A stretch of 64,000 nt of DNA from an uncultured Pelagibacteraceae bacterium (lineage in GTDB: Bacteria > Pseudomonadota > Alphaproteobacteria > Pelagibacterales > Pelagibacteraceae). Positions 21,557 through 30,283 of this stretch are shown here, piece after piece. Both the position numbers and the translations under genes were made by a program. Each line of letters starts with the position of its first letter. The stretch's first letter is position 1. Location: positions 19,496 through 83,495 of the forward strand of contig CACIWE010000001.1 in the NCBI GenBank assembly GCA_902590285.1, in the 5' to 3' direction. A model generated the notes under the pieces. The model did no database searches, had not been told where the DNA came from, and was given only the letters and a program-made list of their open reading frames with translations.

Positions 21557-22152
21557 TAACTTTTGCTTTATTCTCAGCATTATCAGCTTTTTATTTTACT
21601 ATGTTTTTTACACCTGGTCCTAATAACGCGATGCTTACAACTTCGGGCATGAAGTTCGGTTTTGTCAGAACATTGCCTCACTTAATAGGAATTCCTTTAG
21701 GTCATATTTTGCAAATAGGTTTAACTTGTTTTGGTCTGGCTAATTTATTTTTACTTTATCCTCAAATTCAATTTTATATGAAAATTTTATGTTTCATTTA
21801 TTTAGTTTATTTGGGATGGAAAATGATTGGTTCATTCAGTATGGTTCAGAAAGAGACAGGTAGACCTTTAAGATTTTATGAAGCTTCCTTATTTCAATTT
21901 ATTAATCCAAAAGCTTGGTCAATTGCTGTAACAGTTGCTTCAGGGTTTTTTCCCACTGAGGAAAATATTTTTATTGGGGTTGCATTTGTAACAATTACTG
22001 CTGCAGTGATATGTTTCCCAACCATTAGTTTATGGGCCTTATTTGGGAGTGGTTTAAGAAGATTTGTAACTGATATTAAAATAAAAAAAATAATTGAATA
22101 TTTGTTAGCTGTTTTATTAGTTTTAACTGGTTTATTTATACTATTTAAATAA
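21553..22152 (+). CDS. LysE/RhtB family amino acid exporter
   Basis: TPGPNN and QFINPKAW motifs; hydrophobic helices. Confidence 0.9.
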   Translation: MITFALFSALSAFYFTMFFTPGPNNAMLTTSGMKFGFVRTLPHLIGIPLGHILQIGLTCFGLANLFLLYPQIQFYMKILCFIYLVYLGWKMIGSFSMVQKETGRPLRFYEASLFQFINPKAWSIAVTVASGFFPTEENIFIGVAFVTITAAVICFPTISLWALFGSGLRRFVTDIKIKKIIEYLLAVLLVLTGLFILFK

Positions 22153-22193
22153 TCTTTGATTTTTAGACCCTGCTCTAATATAAATCCCCTCGG

Positions 22194-23090
22194 ATGCATT
22201 TTACTAAAAAAACAGTTTCAGAAAAACGTTCAGACTTTTCCAAAAAATTAAAATCAAAAAAATTATTGAGATTTCCTGGGGCATATAACCCTCTATGCGC
22301 AAAGCTAATAGCTGAAATAGGTTTTGATGGCGTCTACGTTTCTGGTGGTGTTATGTCAAATGATCTTGGTTTGCCAGATATTGGATTAACAACCTTAGAT
22401 CAAGTAAGTCATCGAAGTAGCCAAATAGCTAGAGTTACCGACCTTCCAACAGTTGTTGATATAGATACAGGATTTGGAGATTGTAAAAAAACAATCGAAG
22501 TGTTTGAGAGCAAAGGTTTAGCTGGATGTCATTTAGAAGATCAAATATCTGAAAAAAGATGTGGCCACTTAGACAATAAAGAGTTGGTATCTACAGATGA
22601 AATGATAAAAAAAATTAAACAGTCAGTGAAAGCTAGGAAAGACGATAATTTCCTAATAATCGCAAGAACAGATGCTAATTCTGTGGAAGGATTAAATAAA
22701 ACATTAGAGAGAATAAAAGCTTATGAGGAAGCTGGGGCTGATATGATTTTTCCTGAAGCAATGAAAGATGAAAGCGAATTTGAAAAAGTTAGAAAAGTTG
22801 CAAAAGGATATTTACTAGCTAACATGACTGAATTTGGAAAATCTAAATTATTAGATAAAAAACAGCTAGAAAATTTAGGTTATAATCTTGTAATTTATCC
22901 TGTCACCACACAAAGACTTGCAATGCAAAATGTAGAAATAGGTTTAAAATCAATATTTAATGACGGTCATCAAAATAACATTATAGACAAAATGCAGACT
23001 AGAAAAAGGTTGTACGAGTTAGTAGAATATGACAAGTACAATACACCTGATAAGAAAATAACCGATTTTTCTACAGAGGGACATGAATAA
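22194..23090 (+). CDS. prpB: 2-methylisocitrate lyase
   Basis: KRCGH motif, VDIDTGFG and IARTDA; next to prpC. Confidence 0.92.
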   Translation: MHFTKKTVSEKRSDFSKKLKSKKLLRFPGAYNPLCAKLIAEIGFDGVYVSGGVMSNDLGLPDIGLTTLDQVSHRSSQIARVTDLPTVVDIDTGFGDCKKTIEVFESKGLAGCHLEDQISEKRCGHLDNKELVSTDEMIKKIKQSVKARKDDNFLIIARTDANSVEGLNKTLERIKAYEEAGADMIFPEAMKDESEFEKVRKVAKGYLLANMTEFGKSKLLDKKQLENLGYNLVIYPVTTQRLAMQNVEIGLKSIFNDGHQNNIIDKMQTRKRLYELVEYDKYNTPDKKITDFSTEGHE

Positions 23091-24214
23091 TGAGTGAAGA
23101 AATAAAAAAAGGATTACTTGGTATTGTTGTTGATGAGACAACAATTTCACATGTAGTGCCTGAATTAAGTGCTCTTACATACAGAGGTTATACGGTTCAA
23201 GAACTTTGTGATAAATGTGATTTTGAAGAAGTGGCATACTTGGTTCTTCACGGGGAACTGCCAAATAAATCACAGCTGAGAAAATTTCTTAAAGAAGAGA
23301 GAAGTAATCGTAAACTTTCAAGCCAGATTTTAAAAGATATTAAAAAGATGCCAAAAAATGCTCATCCTATGGATGTGATTAGAACTTGTGTAAGTTTAAT
23401 GGCATTAGAGGATAAAGATACTAAAGATAACTCTCCAAAAGCAAATATGAGAAAAGCCATGAGAATATTTGCTAAAACACCTACTGCTGTTGCTGCTTAC
23501 TTTAGGTCCAGAAAAGGTAAAAGTGTGATTTCTCCAAGTAAAAATTTATCGTTCTCAGAAAACTTCTTTAAAATGATGTTTAATAAAGTACCTGATAAAG
23601 AAATTGTTAGAGCTTTTGATATCTCTCTTATTCTTTACGCAGAACATAGCTTTAATGTTTCTACTTTCACTGCGAGAACAATAACTAGTAGTTTGTCAGA
23701 TATTCATGGAGCAATTACAGGAGCAATAGCGAGTTTAAAAGGTCCATTACATGGCGGTGCGAATGAAGCTGTAATGCACATGATGAAGGAAATCGGCAAA
23801 CCTGAAAAAGCTCAAAAGTGGATTGATAGTGCACTGGCAAAGAAAAAAGTTGTTATGGGATTTGGTCATAGAGTTTATAGAACTGGAGACTCTCGTGTTC
23901 CAACGATGAAACATTACTTGTTTAAAGTTGCTAGAATGTTAAAAAAAGAAAAATATACAAAAATTTATGATATCTTAGCCAAGACTATGGTTGAAAAGAA
24001 AAAAATCCACCCAAATGTAGACTTTCCATGTGGTCCACTTTATTACATGATGGGGATAGATATTGATTTCTACACACCTATATTTGTGATGTCTCGAATT
24101 ACAGGTTGGTCAGCACATATTATGGAACAGCACGCTTCTAATAAATTAATTAGACCATTATCTAAATACAGAGGTGCTGAGGTAAGAGAGGTAATGTTGT
24201 TGAACCAAAGATAA
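23090..24214 (+). CDS. prpC: 2-methylcitrate synthase / citrate synthase
   Basis: YAEHSFN, GPLHGGANE, GFGHRVY and PNVDF motifs. Confidence 0.9.
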   Translation: MSEEIKKGLLGIVVDETTISHVVPELSALTYRGYTVQELCDKCDFEEVAYLVLHGELPNKSQLRKFLKEERSNRKLSSQILKDIKKMPKNAHPMDVIRTCVSLMALEDKDTKDNSPKANMRKAMRIFAKTPTAVAAYFRSRKGKSVISPSKNLSFSENFFKMMFNKVPDKEIVRAFDISLILYAEHSFNVSTFTARTITSSLSDIHGAITGAIASLKGPLHGGANEAVMHMMKEIGKPEKAQKWIDSALAKKKVVMGFGHRVYRTGDSRVPTMKHYLFKVARMLKKEKYTKIYDILAKTMVEKKKIHPNVDFPCGPLYYMMGIDIDFYTPIFVMSRITGWSAHIMEQHASNKLIRPLSKYRGAEVREVMLLNQR

Positions 24215-24400
24215 ATGACTTTAACCAATTTACTTTTATTTTTAATTTTGATTACACTGGCTACATATACGTTTATGCCTTGGAAAGGTATAGATAAAGG
24301 TTCTTTGGTCAAAGTGGCATCTCAATGGTTTATGTGGTTTGCAATATTCGCGATCGTAATTTTTTTATCTACTCTATTTGGAATTGAAGTTTCTGGATAA
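24215..24400 (+). CDS. Small two-TM membrane protein, unknown function
   Basis: 61 aa with two hydrophobic segments; ATG abuts the prpC stop and the ORF fills the gap to the next gene. Confidence 0.7.
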   Translation: MTLTNLLLFLILITLATYTFMPWKGIDKGSLVKVASQWFMWFAIFAIVIFLSTLFGIEVSG

Positions 24401-25286
24401 ATATTTTTTTCAAAAAACAAGAATTTTAGACGGAGGCATGGGCCAAGAACTCCTTAATCGAGGAGTTAAACCACATGGAACTTTATGGGGAGCCTCAGCT
24501 TTATATGTTCGAAAATACCATAAAACAGTTATCAAAACCCATTTAGATTTTATAAAAGCTGGAGCAGAAATTATAGTAACGAATAGTTTTGGAAGCAGAA
24601 AACGAAGGCTGATCGAAAATGGTTTAGTAAAAGAATATAAAAACCTGAACGTTCTAGCAGGGAAATTGGCTAAAAAGGCTGTGGCCAAGTCTAAGAAAAA
24701 AGTTTTGATTGCTGGAAGTCTGCCACCTCAGAATTTTACTTATTTTGCTGACCTTGGAAAAGATCTTAAGTTTATAAAAGAAAGTTTTAGATCTCAGGCA
24801 AAATATCTCAATCCATATGTGGATTTCTTTTATCTTGATGTAATGAGTAGTTGGAAAGAGTGTTTATTGGGTTTGAGTGCTATTAAAGAATACAAGAAAA
24901 AAATTTTAGTCGGTATACACATTAGGAGTAAAGGATTGTTACCCTCAGGAGAAAAATTTATAACTGTTGCGAAAAAAGTTCAAAAACATAAACCCATTGG
25001 AATTATGGCATCTTGTGTTTCTTTTGAGGATTTAAATGAAGTGATTAAAGACGCTAAAAAACTTAAAGTCCCTTTTGGCTTTAAAATTAATGCTTTTGAA
25101 CATATTCCGCCAGGTTGGAAACCAGACTCTAATAATCCAAAAGTTCAGCTTGGAAAAAGAAAAGATCTTACTCCTAAAAAGTTTCTTGAAATTTGTAAAA
25201 AATTAAAGAGTAAAGGGGCAAAAATTATTGGAGGATGTTGTGAAATTACTCCAAAACATATTAAAAAATTAAAATCTTTAGTGTGA
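24378..25286 (+). CDS. Homocysteine S-methyltransferase family protein (MmuM/BHMT-like)
   Basis: LDGGMGQEL, HLDFIKAGAEI, AGSLPP, Zn Cys in ASC and GGCC. Confidence 0.88.
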   Translation: MELKFLDKYFFQKTRILDGGMGQELLNRGVKPHGTLWGASALYVRKYHKTVIKTHLDFIKAGAEIIVTNSFGSRKRRLIENGLVKEYKNLNVLAGKLAKKAVAKSKKKVLIAGSLPPQNFTYFADLGKDLKFIKESFRSQAKYLNPYVDFFYLDVMSSWKECLLGLSAIKEYKKKILVGIHIRSKGLLPSGEKFITVAKKVQKHKPIGIMASCVSFEDLNEVIKDAKKLKVPFGFKINAFEHIPPGWKPDSNNPKVQLGKRKDLTPKKFLEICKKLKSKGAKIIGGCCEITPKHIKKLKSLV

Positions 25287-26129
25287 TTTAATTATTTTTT
25301 GCGTAATTCTATCTAAAATAATTGCTAAAATAACAATTCCTGTTCCACCAATAACAGCTGAGCCAACATCAAGTCTTCCTAGGGCGATATATACAGTTAA
25401 ACCTAGTCCTCCGGCACCTATAAGAGCTGCAATAACTACCATCGATAATGCAAGCATCAATGTTTGATTAACTCCTGCCATTATGGTCTTCAAAGACAAA
25501 GGAATTTCAATTTTAATTAGTATTAAAAATTTTGTAAGTCCTAAACTTGATCCTGCTTCTTTAAACCCTTTACCAACTTGCCTAATACCTAAATTTGTTA
25601 ATCGAATTATTGGTGGTAAAGCAAATATAATGGTAGCAACTACGCCAGGAGTTAATCCAACCCCAAAAAGCATAACTACAGGGATTAAATAAACGAAACT
25701 TGGTATTGTTTGCATTATATCAAGTATTGGACGTAAAATAATTTCAAAAGTATTACTTCTTGAGGCAATGATGCCAAGAGGAATTCCTATTAACATACAA
25801 AATAAAACAGCAGTAAAAATCATTGCAAGCGTGGTCATGCTTTCTGACCATAGGTCAACAAGATCAATAAAAAGTAAACTTAAAAAAGAAAATATTGCGA
25901 ATTTAATTCCATTTGTTCTGTAAGCAAAAATTACAAATATCAAAAGTATTATTGGAAAAGGAATAAAGTTAAAAAGTGAATCTAAGCTATTTAGAACAGT
26001 ATCAATCGGGGCTGAGATTTTTTTAAAGAGTGGCCGTTGTTCAAATAGCCACTCTTTAATATTTCCCTCTATCCATTCACCTATTGGAATGTATATTTCG
26101 TAATCTGATGGGGCTAATTTTAAACTCAT
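25278..26129 (-). CDS. proW: Glycine betaine/proline ABC transporter permease
   Basis: LDIMQTIPSFVYLIP, PPIIRLTNLGIRQV and MAGVNQTLMLALSM motifs. Confidence 0.9.
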   Translation of the reverse strand: MSLKLAPSDYEIYIPIGEWIEGNIKEWLFEQRPLFKKISAPIDTVLNSLDSLFNFIPFPIILLIFVIFAYRTNGIKFAIFSFLSLLFIDLVDLWSESMTTLAMIFTAVLFCMLIGIPLGIIASRSNTFEIILRPILDIMQTIPSFVYLIPVVMLFGVGLTPGVVATIIFALPPIIRLTNLGIRQVGKGFKEAGSSLGLTKFLILIKIEIPLSLKTIMAGVNQTLMLALSMVVIAALIGAGGLGLTVYIALGRLDVGSAVIGGTGIVILAIILDRITQKIIKSH

Positions 26130-26147
26130 TAAAATTAACCTGAACCT

Positions 26148-27089
26148 TTACTTGATCCAACTATCAAACGTGCTTTGATTAGCTTTTATCCATTCAGCTG
26201 CGTGTTTCTTAATAGCTTTTTCGCTTTTCTCACCCTTGTTCATCTTCAAGTTCTGAGCAGCAATATCTCCAAGAGGAATAGAAGCTTTTTTTAGCATCTT
26301 TTCTACTTTTGGATTTGCTTTAAGAAAATCTACGTTAGCTGCTGGTCTAATATCATCAGCACCAAAACCTAAATTTACTTTAGACTTTGTAGCATTAGCG
26401 ATCTTAGTTGGCTTTGTCTTACTGTAAGGAACTTCAATCCAAACTACATCTTTACCAAGTTTTAAAGCACCAACAGTCCAATTAGGTGTCCATGTATAAA
26501 ATAGAATTGATTTTCCATTTTTATATTTAGACACTGCATCTGCCATTGAAGCCGAGTAGTCTGCTTTTACTGGATTGATAAAATCACCTAGTCCAAGTTC
26601 ATCAAAGTGTTTTGTGATTTGTTTTTCACATCCCCAGCCTGGGGGGCAAGCAACCATGTCTGCTTTTCCATCTCCATTAGAGTCAAACTCTTTCGCATGT
26701 TTTTTGATATCCATTACGCTTTTGATACCAAATTTATCTGCTGATTTTTTATCAATTAAGTAACCTTGGGCTCCTCCACCTTTCATTACATAACCAACTG
26801 GTTTAACTTTTCCTTTAGACTCTGATATGTAACCATCATGAGTTCCGAACCAACCGTTCACCCACAAGTCAACATCACCTGATGTTGCAGCTACATAAAA
26901 CACTTGAGGTTTCATTACAGTTGGGCCTGAAACTTTGTAACCCATTTTCTCAAGAGCTGCCTTATAGATCTCAGCCTGAAAATAACCTGTGTCCCAGTCT
27001 GCCTTACCCATTTTGATCTCATTGGCAAATACAGCACTACTAATAGTAAGAGCTGCAATTATTGATACTAAATGTTTTAAATATCTCAT
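26148..27089 (-). CDS. proX: Glycine betaine/proline ABC substrate-binding protein (copy 1)
   Basis: Signal peptide, WVNGW..H, CPPGWGC and YTWTPNW motifs; strong RBS (AGGAGGA) upstream. Confidence 0.85.
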   Translation of the reverse strand: MRYLKHLVSIIAALTISSAVFANEIKMGKADWDTGYFQAEIYKAALEKMGYKVSGPTVMKPQVFYVAATSGDVDLWVNGWFGTHDGYISESKGKVKPVGYVMKGGGAQGYLIDKKSADKFGIKSVMDIKKHAKEFDSNGDGKADMVACPPGWGCEKQITKHFDELGLGDFINPVKADYSASMADAVSKYKNGKSILFYTWTPNWTVGALKLGKDVVWIEVPYSKTKPTKIANATKSKVNLGFGADDIRPAANVDFLKANPKVEKMLKKASIPLGDIAAQNLKMNKGEKSEKAIKKHAAEWIKANQSTFDSWIK

Positions 27090-27170
27090 CTTCCCTCCTA
27101 AATTTTAAAAATTTTAACATGTAAAAAATTTTAATGTAACCGTAATACAACTAAAAAGTGAGATATGTCT

Positions 27171-27196
27171 TATATGCGCACAATCGTGCGCATATA
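27171..27196. other. Perfect 11-bp inverted repeat (hairpin) between the proX paralogs
   Basis: TATATGCGCAC-aatc-GTGCGCATATA, with no U-tract in the direction of transcription. Confidence 0.7.
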
Positions 27197-27216
27197 TTCT
27201 TATTTGCTAATTTATT

Positions 27217-28158
27217 TTAATTTATCCAGCTATTAAAAGTTTTTTGATTTGATTTAATCCATTCTTCAGCATGTTTCTTTATTGCTTTTTCACTTTTCTC
27301 ACCCTTATTCATTTTTAAGTTCTGAGCAGCAATATCAGCTAAAGGTATAGATGCTTTTTTTAAAAACTTTTCTACTTTTGGATTAGCTTTTAAAAAATCG
27401 ACATTTGCAGCTGGTCTAATATCGTTTACACCAAATCCCATATTAAGTTTTGACTTTGTTGCATTTGGTACACTAACCACTTTTGTTTCACTAAAAGGAG
27501 CTTCGATCCAAACTACATCTTCACCTAATTTTAAAGTGCCAACTGTCCAATTCGGAGTCCAAGTATAAAATAAAACAGATTTACCGTTTTTATATCTTGA
27601 AATTATATCTGCCATAGCAGCTGAGTAATCTGCTTTTATTGGATTAATAAATTCACCCAGACCAAGCTCTTCAAAATGTCTTGATATAATTTTTTCACAA
27701 CCCCATCCTGGATGGCAAGCAACCATATCTGCTTTACCATCGCCATTTGAATCAAACTCTTTAGCGTGATTTTTTATATCCATTACAGATTTAATATTAA
27801 ATTTGTCTGCAGTTTTTTTGTCGATTAAGTAACCTTGTAAGCCACCACTTTTTGCAACATAACCTACAGGTTTAACTTTACCCATAGCCTCTTTTACATA
27901 AGAGTCGTGATTTCCAAACCATCCGTTAACCCAAAGATCCATATCTCCTGCTGCTGCTGCAACATAAAATACCTGTGGTTTCATAACAGTTGGGCCAGTA
28001 ACCTTATAACCCATTTTTTCTAGTGCTTTTTTATAAACTTCTGCTTGAAAATAACCAGTATCCCAATCAGCTTTACCCATTTTTATTTCTTTTGCGTTTA
28101 TTGATAAACTTAATGTCGAAACAAAAACTATAGTTATTAAAGTTTTTAATAATTTCAT
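27217..28158 (-). CDS. proX: Glycine betaine/proline ABC substrate-binding protein (copy 2)
   Basis: Paralog of 26148..27089, same length (313 aa); CHPGWGC and YTWTPNW motifs. Confidence 0.85.
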   Translation of the reverse strand: MKLLKTLITIVFVSTLSLSINAKEIKMGKADWDTGYFQAEVYKKALEKMGYKVTGPTVMKPQVFYVAAAAGDMDLWVNGWFGNHDSYVKEAMGKVKPVGYVAKSGGLQGYLIDKKTADKFNIKSVMDIKNHAKEFDSNGDGKADMVACHPGWGCEKIISRHFEELGLGEFINPIKADYSAAMADIISRYKNGKSVLFYTWTPNWTVGTLKLGEDVVWIEAPFSETKVVSVPNATKSKLNMGFGVNDIRPAANVDFLKANPKVEKFLKKASIPLADIAAQNLKMNKGEKSEKAIKKHAEEWIKSNQKTFNSWIN

Positions 28159-28243
28159 AATTATCCTTCTGTTATTGTTATATTAAATTATAAAAAATTT
28201 TAATTAAAAGAGAGTATTGTCGCAGAAATATTTTTGAGGTGTT

Positions 28244-28657
28244 CTAATCCTTTTTACACTTTTTGCAAATACCAAAAAATTCTAGATTAAATCTTTTAAA
28301 TTTCATTCCTTTTTTATGATTAAAACCTGATAAATATTTTGAAAGTTTGGTATCACTTATTTCATCTACCATTTCACAACTTTCACAAATCGAAAACGCA
28401 GTTGCTTTTGAAATTTCACAATCTGAACTTCTACATGCAACAAAAGCATTTTTACTTTCAATTTTATGAATTTTACCCATTTCAATCAGCTTATCTAAAG
28501 CTCGATAAATTTGTTGAGGTGCATTTATTCCTTTTTTTTGTACGTTGAATAAAATAGAGTAAGCTTTTAAAGGACCCTTTGCTTTTTCAATAATATCTAA
28601 AACAATTTGTTGATTTCTAGAAAGTGTTTGTGCTTGTGCCATAATATAATTTACCAA
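28244..28657 (-). CDS. zur: Zinc uptake regulator (Fur family)
   Basis: IYRALDKL, KIHKIES and CxxC...CxxC motifs; downstream of znuCB. Confidence 0.88.
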   Translation of the reverse strand: MVNYIMAQAQTLSRNQQIVLDIIEKAKGPLKAYSILFNVQKKGINAPQQIYRALDKLIEMGKIHKIESKNAFVACRSSDCEISKATAFSICESCEMVDEISDTKLSKYLSGFNHKKGMKFKRFNLEFFGICKKCKKD

Positions 28658-28664
28658 TTAAACA

Positions 28665-29468
28665 TTATTTTTTCAATTCGGAATATTTTTTAAACTTAAT
28701 AAGTGAAAAACAAAAAAGTATTAAAGCTGCAGTTATGATTGAAGGTCCAGAAGGAGTGTTAAATTCTAAAGATGAAAACAATCCTATCATTACTGATAGA
28801 AGTCCTCCAACTATTGATAGGACAACCATTTGTTGAGGATTGTTTGAAATGTTCCTGGCCATTGCTGCAGGTATAATAAGCATTCCGGTTATTAACAATA
28901 GTCCCACAATTTTTATAGAAATTGCAATTATTGCAGCCATTAAAATTGTAAATATTGCATTTATCTTATCTGGTTTCATGCCCTCTGCTTCAGCTAAATC
29001 ATAATTTACTGTTGAAGCGAATAATGGCTTCCAAATTAATTTTAGTACTAAAAGAATTAATGCACCTCCAATCCAAATAAACATTAAATCAATTTCATTA
29101 ACAGCAAGTATATCTCCGAATAATAATCCCATTACATCAAATCTGATTGATGTTAAAAAACCTAAAATAACAAAACCTACTGCTAATGAGGCGTGCGCAA
29201 GTAAGCCAAGTAATGCATCGTTTGGTAATTTTGTTTTTTTTTGTAATTTTAGAAGAATGACTGCCAGTGCTGCAGATATTAAGAAAACTGCAAAGGCAAT
29301 ATTAATATCGAAAAAAACTGCCATAGTCACACCTAATAAAGCTGAGTGAGCTAAAGTTCCTGCAAAGAAAGAAAATCTTCGCCAAATAATGAAACAACCA
29401 AAAGGTCCTGTTATCAAAGCGATACCAATTCCTGCAAATAAAGCTCTTATAAAAAAATCATCAAACAT
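28665..29468 (-). CDS. znuB: Zinc ABC transporter permease
   Basis: GCFIIWRR, LAHSALLG, LFGDIL and TPSGPSI motifs. Confidence 0.92.
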   Translation of the reverse strand: MFDDFFIRALFAGIGIALITGPFGCFIIWRRFSFFAGTLAHSALLGVTMAVFFDINIAFAVFLISAALAVILLKLQKKTKLPNDALLGLLAHASLAVGFVILGFLTSIRFDVMGLLFGDILAVNEIDLMFIWIGGALILLVLKLIWKPLFASTVNYDLAEAEGMKPDKINAIFTILMAAIIAISIKIVGLLLITGMLIIPAAMARNISNNPQQMVVLSIVGGLLSVMIGLFSSLEFNTPSGPSIITAALILFCFSLIKFKKYSELKK

Positions 29469-29470
29469 GA

Positions 29471-30223
29471 TTATTGCTTTCGGTTTATTGTTCCATCTTG
29501 CGAATGAGTATGATCGTGTTTATGCTCATATAGAGTAAGGACCTTTGATGCACGGTCTCCAAATAATTCTTTATACTTTTCGTCTTGAGCAACAATATGT
29601 GGTTTACCAGAACAACACACGTGTCCATTTAGACAGATTACATGATCAGTGGCTGACATTACCATATGTAAATCGTGGGAAATTAAAAGTATTCCACAAC
29701 TGAGATCTTCTGAAATTTTCTTGATCAATTCATAAATAGCTACTTCTCCTTTAAAGTCTACGCCCTGAACAGGTTCATCTAAAACTAAAAGCTCAGGTTT
29801 CTTTGCAATAGCTCTTGCAATTAAAACTCTTTGAAACTCGCCACCTGAGAGGTTACTTAAACTCTTCTGCTTTAAATGTTCAACGCCTGTTAAATTTAGG
29901 GCATCACTAATTTGCTCGTGGTTTAAATCTTTGGTTAAAAACATGAAATCGATTACTCTTATTGGTAAAGTCCAATCGATTGATATTTTTTGAGGCACAT
30001 AACCGATCTTATTAGTAAATTTTTTTACATTACCCATAATATTTTTGTGAATTCCTAAAGCTATTTTTGCTGTTGTAGATTTTCCTGATCCGTTTGGACC
30101 AATTAAAGTGACGATCTCCCCTTCTCGGACTTCAAAAGAAACTCCCTCTACTAATATTTTAGAGTTTATAGAGAGACCAGCTTTTTCAACTTGAAGGAGA
30201 GTCTTTTTATTTTCATTTTTCAT
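29471..30223 (-). CDS. znuC: Zinc ABC transporter ATPase
   Basis: GPNGSGKS, LSGGEFQR, CLNGHVCCSG and His-rich tail. Confidence 0.93.
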   Translation of the reverse strand: MKNENKKTLLQVEKAGLSINSKILVEGVSFEVREGEIVTLIGPNGSGKSTTAKIALGIHKNIMGNVKKFTNKIGYVPQKISIDWTLPIRVIDFMFLTKDLNHEQISDALNLTGVEHLKQKSLSNLSGGEFQRVLIARAIAKKPELLVLDEPVQGVDFKGEVAIYELIKKISEDLSCGILLISHDLHMVMSATDHVICLNGHVCCSGKPHIVAQDEKYKELFGDRASKVLTLYEHKHDHTHSQDGTINRKQ

Positions 30224-30243
30224 AAATTAAACCTTGACGGTTA

Positions 30244-30281
30244 AAATGTTATATTATAACAAATGTTACATTATAACAATC
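30244..30281. promoter_or_regulatory. Two tandem Zur boxes in the znuC/znuA divergent promoter
   Basis: TGTTATATTATAACA (30247-30261) and TGTTACATTATAACA (30264-30278) match the palindromic Zur consensus; TTGACG at 30234. Confidence 0.85.
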
Positions 30282-30283
30282 TT

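Noticed and set aside
28171-28192. Zur-like half site (TGTTATATTA) upstream of proX copy 2
   Set aside because: The second half of the palindrome is missing and the context is low complexity.
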